Counted from the first letter of the stretch, positions 1 to 13,194 are shown. The stretch is 64,000 nucleotides of DNA from Octopus vulgaris (GCA_951406725.2 OX597819.1:30380001-30444000), one strand, 5' to 3'. Numbers and translations: made by a program. The notes: generated from the letters alone by a model not told the origin.

Positions 1-636
1 AGATCATGACTCTCTCACATTCCTGAGCCTGCAACCCATAACGGCACTTGTTATCTTGCTCTGGTTTGTCTCTTGATAATCTTAGTAGAGTATAGTACAA
101 GCCTTATTGGAGTTAAAATTTCAGGCTATGCAATCACCAGCAAGGCAACTATCCAATGTCCAGTCAAGTAGGAGAGCACCACAGTGAGCATGGAAGCTGC
201 AGATGTAAACACAGGTGAAGCTGATTGCTGGTGCAATAACCTTATGCACAAGCATTACTGGTATTTTGCATGTGCAATGGTCGGTGATTGTCTTCTTTAG
301 TCATGAGTAGATGGTCATGTTCAACTTTTAATCCCTACACGCTTTTTCTCTCTTCAATTTTTTACATTCTCTCTTCATTTTTTTTTTCTTTCTTAATCCT
401 TTCTTTCTGTCAAAGAGAATAGGTTCAAAACGTCAAAGACATTTCCATTCTTCCTGAGCATTAAACTAATACACCTGCTTGTTGTTCCTTCACCTGTCTT
501 TGTCTTTTGTTTTCTGTAAATTTGAACTATATATAACTGTGTTTCTGTTGTATGTGAAAGGTGCTTTCTTTAATTAATCAAATAACAGCTCATAAGATTT
601 TCGGTTATAGCTTTTATGAATGAAATTATTAACATA

Positions 637-915
637 GGATTTGGTAGACGGAAACTGAAAGAAGCCTGTCGTATATATGTATATATATATATATGTATGT
701 GTGTGTTTGTGTGTCTGTGTTTGTCCCCCTAGCATTGCTTGACAACCGATGCTGGTGTGTTTACGTCCCCGTCACTTAGCGGTTCGGCAAAAGAGACCGA
801 TAGAATAAGGACTGGGCTTACAAAGAATAAGTCCCGGGGTCGATTTGCTCGACTAAAGGTGGTGCTCCAGCATGGCAGCAGTCAAATGACTGAAACAAGT
901 AAAAGAGTAAGAGTA
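637..915 (+). mobile_element. SINE family C (internal TA/GT microsatellite), 5'-truncated
   Basis: ggatttggtagacggaaactgaaagaagcc...ggtgctccagcatgg...gaaacaagtaaaagag, recurring about ten times in the window. Confidence 0.8.
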
Positions 916-1327
916 TAGGCTTTTTTTTTTTTGCTTTTGGACAGGGTATTTGTAAGTTGAGGTTTTTGTAATAAGAGGGTCTACCATGTTATTTTCTCAC
1001 ACTAAATAATTGAAAGACTGTCTCCAAAAATGTATTTTTGTCTACCTATATCTTGAGGTTACTATTAAAGCTGGTTGAAACAGTCATGCAGTAACTGTCA
1101 AACTTTTGTGAGTCTTACAGACTGAGGCAAACAGAGTTATGTACCTTGCTCAGAGCTTGGCTGTAAGCCAGACACGCTTAGACAAGCTAACTTATTTGTC
1201 TCGCCCCAAAACAAAATACAAACGCTGTTAGTATGGTTTCAATTCGAGCAATTTCAAGTTTGTAGTCACTACACCCCAAGGAAACACTAAGAACAAAGTT
1301 TCACAAAATATTAATCATAAAGGATCA

Positions 1328-1731
1328 GAATCGAAATCGATCAATGGAAATCGATCAATGGAAATTGCAGATGTGTTACCAGTGCCGGTGGCATGTAAGA
1401 GAACCTTCCGTTTCGCGACCGTTGCCAGCACCGCCCCGTTTCGTGTTCGTTGCCAGCCTCGCCTGGCCCTCGTGCCGGTGGCACATAAAAAACACCATCC
1501 GTTCGTGGCCGTTTGCCAGCTCTGGCTGGCACCAGTGCGGGTGGCACGTAAAAAGCACCCACTACACTCACGGAGTGGTTGGCGTTAGGAAGGGCATCCA
1601 GCCGTAGAAACACTGCCAGATTTGACTGGGCCTGATGAAGCCTTCTGGCTTCACAGACCCCAGCAGAACCGTCCAACCCATGCTAGCATGGAAAACGGAC
1701 GCTAAATGATGATGATGATGATGATGATGAT
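1328..1731 (+). mobile_element. RTE 3'-UTR fragment
   Basis: Matches 24300-24770; CCATGCTAGCATGG plus (GAT)n tail. Confidence 0.85.
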
Positions 1732-1831
1732 CTTCTTTACAGCATCTTCTAAGTTTTGGCCAGTCTAATCTTTTCCATACTCTACATATCCTTGCAACTT
1801 GTTTTCTGTTGATTGAATAAATTCAGTATGT

Positions 1832-2214
1832 GGAGGCACAATGGCCCAGTGGTTAGGGCAGCGGCATCGCGGTCATAGGATCGCAGTTTCGATTCCCAGA
1901 CCGGGTGTTGTGAGTGTTTATTGAGTGAAAACACCTAAAGCTCCACGAGGCTCCGGCAGGGATGGTGGTGATCCCTGCTGTATTCTTTCACCACAACTTT
2001 CTCTCACTCTTACTTCCTGTTTCTGTTGTACCTGTATTTCAAAGGGCCAGCCTTGTCACTCTCTGTGTCACGCTGAATATCCCCGAGAACTACGTTAAGG
2101 GTACACGTGTCTGTGGAGTGCTCAGCCACTTACACGTTAATTTCACGAGCAGGCTGTTCCGTTGATTCGGATCAACCGGAACCCTCGTCGTCGTAACCGA
2201 CAGAGTGCTTCTCC
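1832..2214 (+). mobile_element. tRNA-derived SINE (my family A), full length
   Basis: A box tggcccagtgg, B-box-like gtttcgattcc; 14-bp TSD taaattcagtatgt at 1818-1831 and 2215-2228. Confidence 0.9.
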
Positions 2215-2688
2215 TAAATTCAGTATGTTATCTTCCCCAATCCCCCACCAATTTTTTTAATTGGTTCTAAATATTTGCCAAGATAAAACCATTTCCATTT
2301 TTTTTTTTTTTTTTGTGGCTGGTTCCAAGTTCAGCCTCACTGCATAGCACCTTGAGTAAGTGCCTTCAACTATAGCCACAGGCTAACCAAAGCTTTGTGA
2401 GTGGATATGGTAGTCGGAAACTGAAAGAAGCCCATCATGTGTGTCTGTGTGTGTGTGTGTGTGTCCTGCATCACTGCTTGACAACCAGTGTTGGTGTGTT
2501 TACATCCCTGTAACTTAGCAGTCGGCAGGAACACCAATAGAATAAGTTCTATGGTCAGTTTGATTGACTAAAAAAACCCTTCAAGGTGGTGCTCCAGCAT
2601 GGCTGCAGTTAGTATGATTAAAACAAGTAAAAGATAAAATATAAAATAATATGTAGGAAAGTAGTTGTTTCAGTGCATCAGCCTTACC

Positions 2689-2918
2689 TATTTCTTTATT
2701 AGCCACAAGGGGCTAAACACAGCGGGGACAAACAAGGACAGACATAGGTATTAAGTCGATTACATCGACCCTAGTGCGTATCTGGTACTTAATTTATCAA
2801 CCCCGAAAGGATGAAAGGCAAAGTCGACCTCGGCGGAATTTGAACTCACAACGTAACGCAGACGAAATACCGCTAAGCATTTCGCCCGGCGTGCTAACGT
2901 TTCTGCCAGCTCGCCGCC
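2689..2918 (-). mobile_element. tRNA-derived SINE (my family B)
   Basis: A box agctggcagaa, B box gttcaaattcc, core gcctttcatcctttcgggg; 21-bp direct repeat tttcagtgcatcagccttacc at 2668-2688 and 2919-2939. Confidence 0.9.
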
Positions 2919-2981
2919 TTTCAGTGCATCAGCCTTACCATCGTCTACAGTAATGTCATGAGTGCTTTGTATTCATGATTG

Positions 2982-3399
2982 GGATCTTTTTGGTTTGAAC
3001 AGCAGTTTTTTCTAGCGGTGTCATATGAAATTGTCACCCATAATTATCACCCTAGTATCGATCTATTGCATTTCAATCTGTTTTAGGGTTAGGGTTAGGG
3101 GTGGGGGGAAGGGTATCTTTTTTTCTTCACAAATGTAAATAAACCCAATCTGTTTCTTAAACGAGGGACATATTCATACGGCACAGAATGTTTTTTACCT
3201 CAATGGACGTCAGTGATTGGTTGAAATTGCAGAAATTGAAGAAAAAAAAAGAACAAATATCTTACAAACTATAGAATTTTCTCAATAAAGCCAAGAGAAA
3301 AAGATGTTATATAAACACATTCTATCAGTATACGAAGTTTAAAATTTTTTAGTTACCTAGAAATTATATTAAAAACTGCCGTTCAAACCGAAAAGATCC
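2982..3399. mobile_element. MITE, about 29-bp TIR GGATCTTTTCGGTTTGAACGGCAGTTTTT, 8-bp TSD
   Basis: TIRs at both ends; TSD catgattg at 2974-2981 and 3400-3407. Confidence 0.9.
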
Positions 3400-3689
3400 C
3401 ATGATTGCTTCAAGATATTTAGAAGGGAACACCAGTGTCCTCTGATGCAATGTATAATAGTGAGTGAAGGTATGTGGCTTAGTGGTTAGGGATATTAAGC
3501 TTATGATCATAAGGTCATGAGTTCAATTCCCAGTGGCTCATTGTGTCTTTGAGCAAAGAACTTTATTTCACATTGCTCCAGTCCACTCAGCTGACAAAAA
3601 TGTGTTGTGTCTGAAAGTCAAAGGGTCAGCCTTGTCACATTCTGTGTCACGTGGAATCTCCCCGAGAACTACGTAAAAGGTACACATCT

Positions 3690-3935
3690 GACAAAAATAT
3701 ATCTATTACAGATTATGACAATCTTGTGAAGTATAAAGTCCTAGGAACTGAGATTAACAGAATGTGGAAACTGAAGACACAAACAACCCCAGTTGTAATT
3801 GGCACACTTTGATTCAAAAAGAAAGGTATAAATGAGTTTCTTGAAAACATCTCCCGTAAACCCAACATCTATGAAATTCAAAACACTGTCCTCAACAGCA
3901 CAGCTCACATTTTACATGAATTTTTATCCCTTTAT
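3690..3935 (+). pseudogene. 3' fragment of an RLE-type (R2-superfamily, R4/Dong-like) non-LTR retrotransposon
   Basis: Translates as KYKVLGTEINRMWKLKTQTTPVVIGTL*...YEIQNTVLNSTAHIL, the C-terminal restriction-like endonuclease tail. Confidence 0.7.
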
Positions 3936-4547
3936 AACCAAATAGTATTGAATTCCCTTCTTTTATATATTCTTTTTTCTTTCTTTTTATTCCTTTTTAT
4001 CTCTATATACTGAGCTTAAGTTAATTTTAACCATTTTTATAGCTAAATTATGCCTTGAAATACCACCATTACATGACAACACCTACCCCAGGTACCTTGT
4101 TGACATTTGGCAGGGATTATTAAATGAAGTGACATCAAAGGAAAACAATTATAATTGTTTCTAATTTAGGCACAAGACCAGAAATTTGGTATGATGGTTT
4201 AGTCAATTGCGACAACTAAGTACTTCACTGGTACTTTAATTTATTAACTTTGGAAAGATGAAAGGCAAAGTTGACCATAGCACAATTTCAACTGAGAACA
4301 TAAAGAACCAGAAGAAATACTGCAAGGCATTTTTCTGATACTCTAATGATTCTGTCAATAAATTTGATAATAAAGATCTATAGTAAAGGTATAATGTTGA
4401 TGCTGGGAGCAGCTGTTTGAATCCCAATTCTTAACTATCACTTACTTTGTCACTTCCAGAAGGATGATAAACAAACAACCATAGTAGGATTTGAACTCAG
4501 AGTAATAAGCAAACTAAGCCAAATGCTGATATGCATTATATTGCCAC

Positions 4548-4955
4548 ATTTCTTTTCTTTTCTTTTACTTGTTTCAGTCATTTGACTGCGGCCATGCTGG
4601 AGCACCACCTTTAGTCGAGCAAATTGACCCCGGGACTTATTCTTTGTAAGTCCAGTACTTATTCTATTGGTCTCTTTTGCCGAACTGCTAAGTGACAGGG
4701 ATGTAAACACACCAGCATCGGTTGTCAAGCAATGCTAGGGGGACAAACACAGACACACAAACACAAACACACATACATATATACATACATATATACGACA
4801 GGCTTCTTTCAGTTTCCATCTACCAAATCCACTCACAAGGCATTGGTCGGCCCGGGGCTATAGAAGAAGACACTTGCCCAAGATGCCACACAGTGGGACT
4901 GAACCCGGAACCATGTGGTTGGTTAGCAAGCTACTTACCACACAGCCACTCCTGC
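4548..4955 (-). mobile_element. SINE family C, full length
   Basis: tRNA-like head ggagtggctgtgtggtaag...ggttcagtccc on the minus strand plus the same body. Confidence 0.85.
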
Positions 4956-6130
4956 ACCTATTGTGGCACTCAACTGATTCTTTTCGCTGAGCGTAAAATG
5001 CTTCTTTATTTTAAAAGGAAAGAGAAATCAAATTTTGCGAGTTCATTTCTTTCATAAGAACATTAGCAATATTAAGGAAGTCAAGCTGAATTCCCAACTA
5101 ATAACATCTTGATCCATTGAGAACTGCATCAGTGGTGCCAAATGTCTTCTGCAAGACAGAATCAATAATGCTAATGAAATGGAAACCGACCCAAAAATAC
5201 TTCTTACGTTTATGACTGCCATCAAATGATTAAGAACAAAAGAAATTTTAAAATCTGTTAATCATTGTCTGGCTAATATAATAGGGTTATTTGATTATTA
5301 GATGGCTCACATCATAGATAATGAAATGTTTATCAGGTTAATTAGTTTCCTGTTTATCTTCATTTTTCAAGGCTAAAACTGCAGTGCTGCTTCTATCTAT
5401 TTTTGGAAAAATAAATTAACAACATAATAAACCCATGAAAGAATGAGATTAAACTGTATAGTTTCTTTTAAATATTTAGGACAGATTCCATCTTGTCGGT
5501 GACTTATAAATATTAATTGATAAGAATCATTTAATGTACAACAATATTTTTTTATGTGACTCAGAATTCCCATTAGCATTAGTTCCAATACTGCACAATC
5601 CGGTCCAGTGTTAAGCTAGTGAAATACTTGTGTATCATGCAGTATATTTACTATATATATATAGATTCACTGCACTTATTTACAGCTAATTGTTTTCATG
5701 TCTAGATAGTCTATAGTTCATCGGGAGATAATCAATATGTATAGCAACTTCTGACAATTACTGTTTCCTCATTTAGTTAACACATCTTTGTTGAAAATAT
5801 TGGGTGATAAACTATCACAGATATAACAACTCATCTAAAATTTAAAACTTCCCAAAAAGGAGTGTCACAAGACTCCTTCCTTTCATCTACACTTTAAATT
5901 ATATCTATCAACCATCCCACAACACACACAGACAATATCAGACTTCCATCCTCCTATTATTTCCCATACAAAGATACACAATTACATCACCCCAAGATCA
6001 AACACCAAGAAACCTGCCTCTAAACCAGAACTTCTCAACTGAGGTAAATATGGCTATTAGTGGTCCATAGAAGATTTTATTGTTAAAATTTGTCTACAAT
6101 AAATTGGTTATACTTCTATAATATACAAAA

Positions 6131-6527
6131 CTAGCAGTATCGCCCGGCGTTGCTCGGGTTTGTAAGGGAAATAACTATATAAGCATTTTTAGAGAGTTAT
6201 AGCCAAAAAATAGCAAAAAAATGCATTAAAAATGGAAAAAAAATGATGGTAATTTTTTTTTCAAATCGTTGACTCATCGTAGACATTTTTAAAGAGTTAC
6301 TTCCCTTATTTAATAGCGAAAAAATGCATTAAAATGGAAAAAATGATGGTAAATTTTTTTTTAAATCGTAGACTCATTGTAGACGCGTGCTAATACCCAG
6401 AAGGGCTCGATATGAATCACGACTATAAGATACCTGCTTTTGGTTACACTGCACCGCAAAATGTGGGAGTAGTTAGGAATCTAAATCGTAGGAGACAGAC
6501 ACACAACTTGACTTTTATATATAAAGA
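6131..6527 (-). mobile_element. Non-autonomous Helitron
   Basis: On the minus strand: 5' TC, 3' hairpin cccgagcaacgccggg then CTAG, inserted between A and T, no TSD. Confidence 0.85.
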
Positions 6528-6734
6528 TATCTTAATGATTATTCTTAGCCTTGCCATCGCCTGTGGTAATGCTGCTAGCATGTTGGTTTGCTCCAGTAGG
6601 TTCCATTGAACCTTGTGGTGTGCAACCAACTGAGGCTCTAGGTGTTGCATTGAAGTATTTTTCCTTTTTTTGTTTGTTTCTTTCTTTTTTTCTTTTTTTG
6701 CTAATCTTTTGTAGAATATATTCTGTTCCAAATA

Positions 6735-7131
6735 TCTTTATATATAAAAGTCAAGTTGTGTGTCTGTCTCCTACGATTTAGATTCCTAACTGCTCCCACA
6801 TTTTGCGGTGCAGTTTAACCAAAACCGGGTATCTTATAGTCGTGATTCATATCGAGCCCTTCTGGGTATTAGCGCGCGTCTACGATGAGTCTACGATTTT
6901 AAAAATAATTTACCATCATTTTTTTCCATTTTAATGCATTTTTCGCTATTATATAAGGGAAGTAACTCTCTAAAAATGTCTACGATGTGTCAACGATTTA
7001 AAAAAAAATTTACCATAATTTTTTTTCCATTTTTAATGCATTTTTTTGCTATTTTTTGGCTATAACTCTCTAAAAATGCTTATATAGTTATGTCCCTTAC
7101 AAACCCGAGCAACGCCGGGCGATACTGCTAG
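6735..7131 (+). mobile_element. Non-autonomous Helitron
   Basis: a|TCtttatatataaaag ... cccgagcaacgccgggcgatactgCTAG|t. Confidence 0.88.
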
Positions 7132-7156
7132 TGTTTTATAAATACAAGGATTGGTT

Positions 7157-8345
7157 TTATTCATCAAAGTATGCACCCATATTGTCAATACACTTTTGCC
7201 ATTTCAGCAGTAGCTTGTCCAACTCAGAACTGTAAAAGCCTGGCAATCTAGAGTCTATAAAATCTTGGAAGGCCTGTTTTACAGCATCGTCAGAATTAAG
7301 TTTTTTTTTCCTATCAAAAAGTTATCCAAATTCTGGAAGAAGTGGTGAGTATGGTGGATGATAGAGAGCTTCCAACTCCAACTTCTGTAGTTTCGCCTGT
7401 GTCATTTTTGCAATGTGTGGTCTGGTGTTGTCTTGTAATAAAATAGGTGTGGATGTGTTGACTAATCTTGGCTGTTTTTTTGTAAGTTCCTGCATCATTT
7501 GGTCCAGTTGGCTGCAGTATACTTTGGCCTTGATCGATGAGCCAGGTTTAATGAACTCATAATGGATCACACCTTTTCCAGACCACCAAACACACCATCA
7601 GCTTCTTTTGATGAATTTTGCTTTTTGGACTGTGTTTTTGTGGTTCGTCTTTGTCCAACCATTGTGCCGAATGTTTACTGTTGTGTGTATTGGATCTATT
7701 TCTTATCACATGTTACCATTCGATTAAAAAATGATTCAATTTTGTGATGAGAAAGTAGCATAATGCAGGCTTCCAAACGTTGCTGTTTCTGATTTTCCTT
7801 GAGTTTAAGTGGAACTCACTTATCCAACTTTTTCACTTTACCAATTTGAACTAGGTGAGTGAATATTGTTTGCTTGCTAACACCAAACAACAACAATTCA
7901 CAGGCACTTTGAGATGGATCTGACTCAACTGTAGCTTTCAGTTTATCATTATCCACCTTTGTTTCTGGTCACCCACATTGCTCATTTGTGAGGTCAAAGT
8001 TACCAGAATGAAATTTTGCAAATCAATTTGATGCTGTCTGCTGTGTAATAACATTAGAATGAAATACTCCATTAATATTCTGAGCTGTCTGTGATGCTGT
8101 ATTTCCAAGAAAGAACTCATATTTCAAAACTGTATGAATTTCTGACTTATCCATGTCTACACAAAAATAGCAAAAAACAATTTATAAATGCATTATAAAT
8201 TACAAAATGAGTTAGAATAAAGAAATAGATGTGTCAGATTTCTAACTAAAAATAAAGATTGTCAAAATATAATAATGGCACAAAATGAACAGCTGTCAAA
8301 GTTTACCATATACCTTACTACAAATTTCATACTTGACGACCTAAT
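7157..8345 (-). pseudogene. Decayed mariner transposon
   Basis: Minus-strand MDKSEIHTVLKYEF start at 8154, LLQDNTRPH, YHPPYSP, GAYFDE* end, with frameshifts and stops; one TIR-like end tattaggtcgtcaagtatgaaattt. Confidence 0.85.
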
Positions 8346-8732
8346 AGCATGTACAATCTTTACTCTTATCAGGAAGATCAAAAGATATCAAATACAACAA
8401 GTCACCTTACTCAACATTATATGTCCACCTTCCATGCTAGCATCAATGTGCTTATATGTATCTATGGAATATAAGTATATCTGTGTGTGTGTGTGTGTGT
8501 GGGTGGGTGTACATATACACAAGCTTCTTTCAGTTTTGATCTTCCAAATCCACTCACTACATACACATATGTACATATGTATGTACACATGGATACAAAG
8601 ATACATGCATAAATACATGGTTAAGTGTTTTCAGTAAAAGAAATCAACCCACTAACTCGCACATTACAAATACAATTCGTAAGTGGAATATGTAAGACTT
8701 TTCTAAAGTTTATATATTTCAAGTTCATGTGT

Positions 8733-8841
<109 letters not shown>

Positions 8842-9130
8842 AGAAGGACATGATAAATAATTGAGAACTATAAATCTTTAATTAAAATTTCCAGCATATA
8901 AGATCTCAAGAAATGCTTCTGTTGTATTAGTGTCTTAGGGTCCTTAGATGTGATGGTTCTGTGCCATTAATCAATTCATATTGATTTCAAATTTTGGCAC
9001 AAGGCCAGCAATTTCAGGGGAAGGAATAAGTTGATTGCATCAACCCCAGTGTTCAACTGGTATTTATTTTATTGATCCCAAAATGTCCAAATTTAGGTCT
9101 AAATTGAACATTAATGCTAAATACAATATA

Positions 9131-9745
9131 AAACAAGGGCACTCAGAGAGTGCAAACCCCTACCAAGGTAGCACCAATGTCCTCTCAACGATTAGCCAGA
9201 GATGATATTCAAAATGAGAATATCTGAAATAAACTCGACTGCTCTCACATACAAGAATACTAAAAATGAACCCGACCGCTCTCAAAAATTAAGTAGAAAA
9301 AAACCAGAAAAATAATCCAGAATCCTTGTCCGGTACCAGATCGATCCCAAAATCTGAATCAGTTCATGCTAGTCATGAGGCCAAACATCCCTGAAAGTTT
9401 CATCCGAATCCATCCAGTGGTTCTTGAGATATCTTATCCATGGACAAAGAAAGAAAGGAAGAAACAAATGCTACTGAAAACAAAACCTCCACCTTTGCTA
9501 AGGTCATCATCATCATCATCATCATCATCATCGTTTAACGTCCGCTTTCCATGCTAGCATGGGTTGGACGGTTCAACTGGGGTCTGGGAAGCCTGAAGGC
9601 TGCACCAGGCTCCAGTCAGATCTGGCAGTGTTTCTACAGCTGGATGCCCTTCCTAACACCAACCACTCCGTGAGTGTAGTGGGTGCTTTTTACGTGCCAC
9701 CAACACAGGTGCCAGACGAGGCTGGCGAAGGTAAGGTGGAGTTGA
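9131..9745 (+). mobile_element. Helentron/DINE-1-like (HINE) element interrupted by an RTE fragment
   Basis: aacaagggcactcagagagtgc short inverted repeat at one end; aaagtttcatccgaatcc core; terminal hairpin ctccacctt...aaggtggag split by the insertion. Confidence 0.55.
9504..9727 (-). mobile_element. RTE 3'-UTR fragment nested in a Helentron-like element
   Basis: (CAT)n tail plus ccatgctagcatgg; matches RTE 3' end. Confidence 0.85.
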
Positions 9746-9882
9746 TAAAAGACAGAAATCAGACAAATAATAAGTCATTAGTGTGATTTGAAAAATAAAG
9801 GAAAAAAACTAATGTAGTTTCTAGGAAGTAACAGGATATATCTGTTAAAATATAAGATTGATAATAATTGAAATAATTTAAA

Positions 9883-10030
9883 TAGGAGTGGCTGTGTGGT
9901 AAGTAGCTTGCTAACCAACCACATGGTTCTGGGTTCAGTCCCACTGCGTGGCACTTTGGGCAAATGTCTTCTGCTATAGCCCTGGGCCGACCAATGCCTT
10001 GTGAGTGGATTTGGTAGACGGAAACTGAAG

Positions 10031-10065
<35 letters not shown>

Positions 10066-10235
10066 ATGTGTTTGTGTTTGTCCCTCTAGCATTGCTTGAC
10101 AACTGATGCTGGTGTGTTTACGTCCCCGTTACTTAGCGGTTCGGCAAAAAGAGACTGATAGAATAAGTACTGGGCTTACAAAGAATAAGTCCCGCAGTCA
10201 AATAACTGAAACAAGTATAAAAGAGAGTAAAAGAG
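9883..10235 (+). mobile_element. SINE family C
   Basis: Head ggagtggctgtgtggtaagtagcttg, same body. Confidence 0.85.
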
Positions 10236-10321
10236 ACTAGTAAAATCTAAAAGAACTATGTGTATTAATAGAAAAAATATATTTATAAGACCATCTCAGT
10301 AGTTGAAATGAGAAAACTAGT

Positions 10322-10842
10322 TGTTGTGCTGTTGTGACCCCCTTCAGTCATAGATGACCATGAGATTGCACCTACAAAGTTACCCTTTGTGGCACAAGTC
10401 TGGGCAAGATTGATTATGGAAGACCAGCAGTTGCCCATGCATAACAGCCTCCCCTCTCCATGCCACCGATGTTATCCAAGGGAAAGACAAAGGCCGATAC
10501 AGCTTGGCACCAGTGACATCGCAGCTCATTTATTAACGTGCAAGTGGCCGAGCACTCCACAGACACATGTACCCTTAACGTAGTTCTCGGGGAGATTCAG
10601 CATGACACAGAATGGGACAAGGCTGGCCCTTTGAAATACAGGTACAACAGAAACAGGAAAAAAGTGTGAGAGAAAGTTGTGGTGAAAGAGTATAGCAGGG
10701 TTCACCACCACCCCCTGCCGGAGCCTCATGGAGCTTTAGCTGTTTTTGCTTAATAAACACTCACAATGCCCGGTCTGGGAATCGAAACTGCGATCCTACG
10801 ACCACGAGTCCACTGCCCTAACCACTGGGCCATTGCGCCTCC
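10322..10842 (-). mobile_element. Chimeric SINE: family A head/body with a different 3' tail
   Basis: 10530-10842 matches family A; 10335-10530 matches the tail of the SINE at 38020-38355; TSD agaaaactagt at 10311-10321 and 10843-10853. Confidence 0.8.
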
Positions 10843-11104
10843 AGAAAACTAGTACTCCTTACTTAAACATTATTCTTTTATTCTTTTATTTGTTTCAGTC
10901 ATCTGACTGCAGCTAGGCTGGAACATTGCCTTTAGTCAAACAAATCGACCCCAGACTTACTCTTTTAAAACCAAGTACTTATTCTATCAGTCTTTTACTG
11001 AACTGCTAAGTTACAGGGATGTAAACGCATCAACATCAGTTGTCAAACAATGGAAGGGAGACAAGCACAGACCCACAAACATATACATGTATAACAGACT
11101 CTTC

Positions 11105-11397
11105 TGTTGTTAGACAACATATGAGGGTTCAACAATTTCTTACTGAACAACCACACAGACCAATTTGTTTATAGTGATCAAATGTTTGCGTAGACATAAG
11201 CTCACTCCTGCCATCAAATCGACAATACCTGTACAGGTGCAACTGGGTGCAACATGTTAAATGTTGAAATGATCACGGAGCAATGTGAAATGAAGTATTT
11301 TGCTCAAGAACACAATGCAATGCCCAGTCTGGGAACTGAACCCACAATCTTACAGCCATGAGTGCAACACCCTAACCATTAAGCCATGCACCTTCAC
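11105..11397 (-). mobile_element. tRNA-derived SINE with D-like head
   Basis: Minus strand gaaggtgcatggcttaatggttagggtgttgcactc; the same head appears at 3466 and 37037. Confidence 0.65.
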
Positions 11398-11407
11398 ACA
11401 CACACAT

Positions 11408-11790
<383 letters not shown>

Positions 11791-12199
11791 TATGACTGGC
11801 TTCTTTCAGTTTCTGTCTACCAAATCCATTCACAAGGCTTTGGTTGGCTCAAGACTATAGTAGAAGACATTTGCCCAAGGTGTCATGCAGTGGGACTGAA
11901 CCCGGAACCATGTGGTTGGGAAGCAAGCTCAGGTTTAGGTAAGCCCTCCTCTTATTTAACCTGACCACTAATATAGGGTAAAGCACTATGTGTGATTTCT
12001 GCCTTGAAGAAATATTCCATATCTTTACTTCCAAATATAACTTATTAAACTGTAGAAATGAATTAGCAATAACATGTTTGCATTCATAGAGAAAAACTTT
12101 TAAATATTTTCTTTGTAAGTAGTTTTAGAAATATTTCACTTAAATAAGGAGGAGGCTTAGCTAATCCTAGTCAAGTATTCTATATAATTTTAAATAAGT

Positions 12200-12587
12200 A
12201 CGGGTGAGATCGTTGCCAGAGCAACAAGCTGGCCTTCGTGCCGATGGCACGTTAAGCACACCATTGGAGTGTGATCGTTACTGTGTTGCCTTACTAGCAC
12301 TTGTGCTGGTGGCACGTGAAACATTCGAGCGAGGTTGTCACCAGTGCTGCTGTACTGGCTCCTGTGCAGATGGCACGTAAAAAGCACCATTTGGGTGTGG
12401 CTGTTGCCAGTACCACCAAACTGGCCCTCGTGCCAGTGGCACATAAAAGCACCCACTACACTCTCGGAGTGGTTGGCGTTAGGAAGGGCATCCAGCTGTA
12501 GAAACTCTGCCAGATCAGATTGGAGCCTAGTTCGCCAGACCTCAGTCAAATTGTCCAACCCACGCTAGCATGGAAAGTGGACGTTAA

Positions 12588-12625
<38 letters not shown>
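12200..12625 (+). mobile_element. RTE 3'-UTR fragment (second subfamily)
   Basis: ggagtggttggcgttaggaagggcatccagctgtagaaac core and (GAT)n tail. Confidence 0.85.
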
Positions 12626-12626
<1 letters not shown>

Positions 12627-13148
12627 GTGGTACTAGTTTTCTCATTTCAACTGCAAAGATTATATTTTTCCTACTAATGCATATAATTCCTCTCTTCAAT
12701 TGCCCATATTGCTTTAAAACAGTTGTATAATAATGTATATCTTTGCATCAGCATTTTCTTAAAGTTGGTTTAATAACTGGCACTCAATCAATTGTGATGA
12801 CGAGGGTTCCAGTTGATCCAATCAACAGAACAGCCTGCTTGTAAAATTAGTATGTAAGTGGCTGAGCACTCTACTGACACATATATCCTTAACATAGTTC
12901 TCAGGGAGATTCAGTGTGTCACAGAATGTGATAAGGCCATATTCCAACTTAGTCTGATTTTCATGATTTCCACTTTACAATATTGAAACAAACTGGTATT
13001 TTCATACATTAAGCACAGTTGTGTTCCACAAATGAAAACTGTGGTGAGATGGGCTCCAGCAAGCTGAATCTTATGAACATTATTTTGACCAATCAGTATG
13101 TGCATTATTTACAATTGATGGATATTTGTCCTCATCTTGTTTGTTGTT

Positions 13149-13194
13149 AACACAACGTTTCAGCTGATATACCCTCCAGCCTTCATCAGGTGTC
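13149..13194 (-). ncRNA. Minimal type I hammerhead ribozyme (Penelope-type repeat)
   Basis: GACAC CUGAUGA AGGCUGG agggtata UCAGCU GAAAC GUU GUGUU: core boxes, stem I and stem II pair. Confidence 0.7.

Noticed and set aside
1832-1905. tRNA gene
   Set aside because: tRNA-like A/B boxes continue into a SINE body with a TSD; the same applies to the other SINE heads.
3083-3112. Interstitial telomere or chromosome fusion site
   Set aside because: Only about three TTAGGG units, and they are an internal part of a MITE found in four copies.
5040-5640. Minus-strand exons of a divergent neighbouring gene
   Set aside because: Acceptor-like sites exist, but the translations are unrecognisable and cannot be joined into a gene model.
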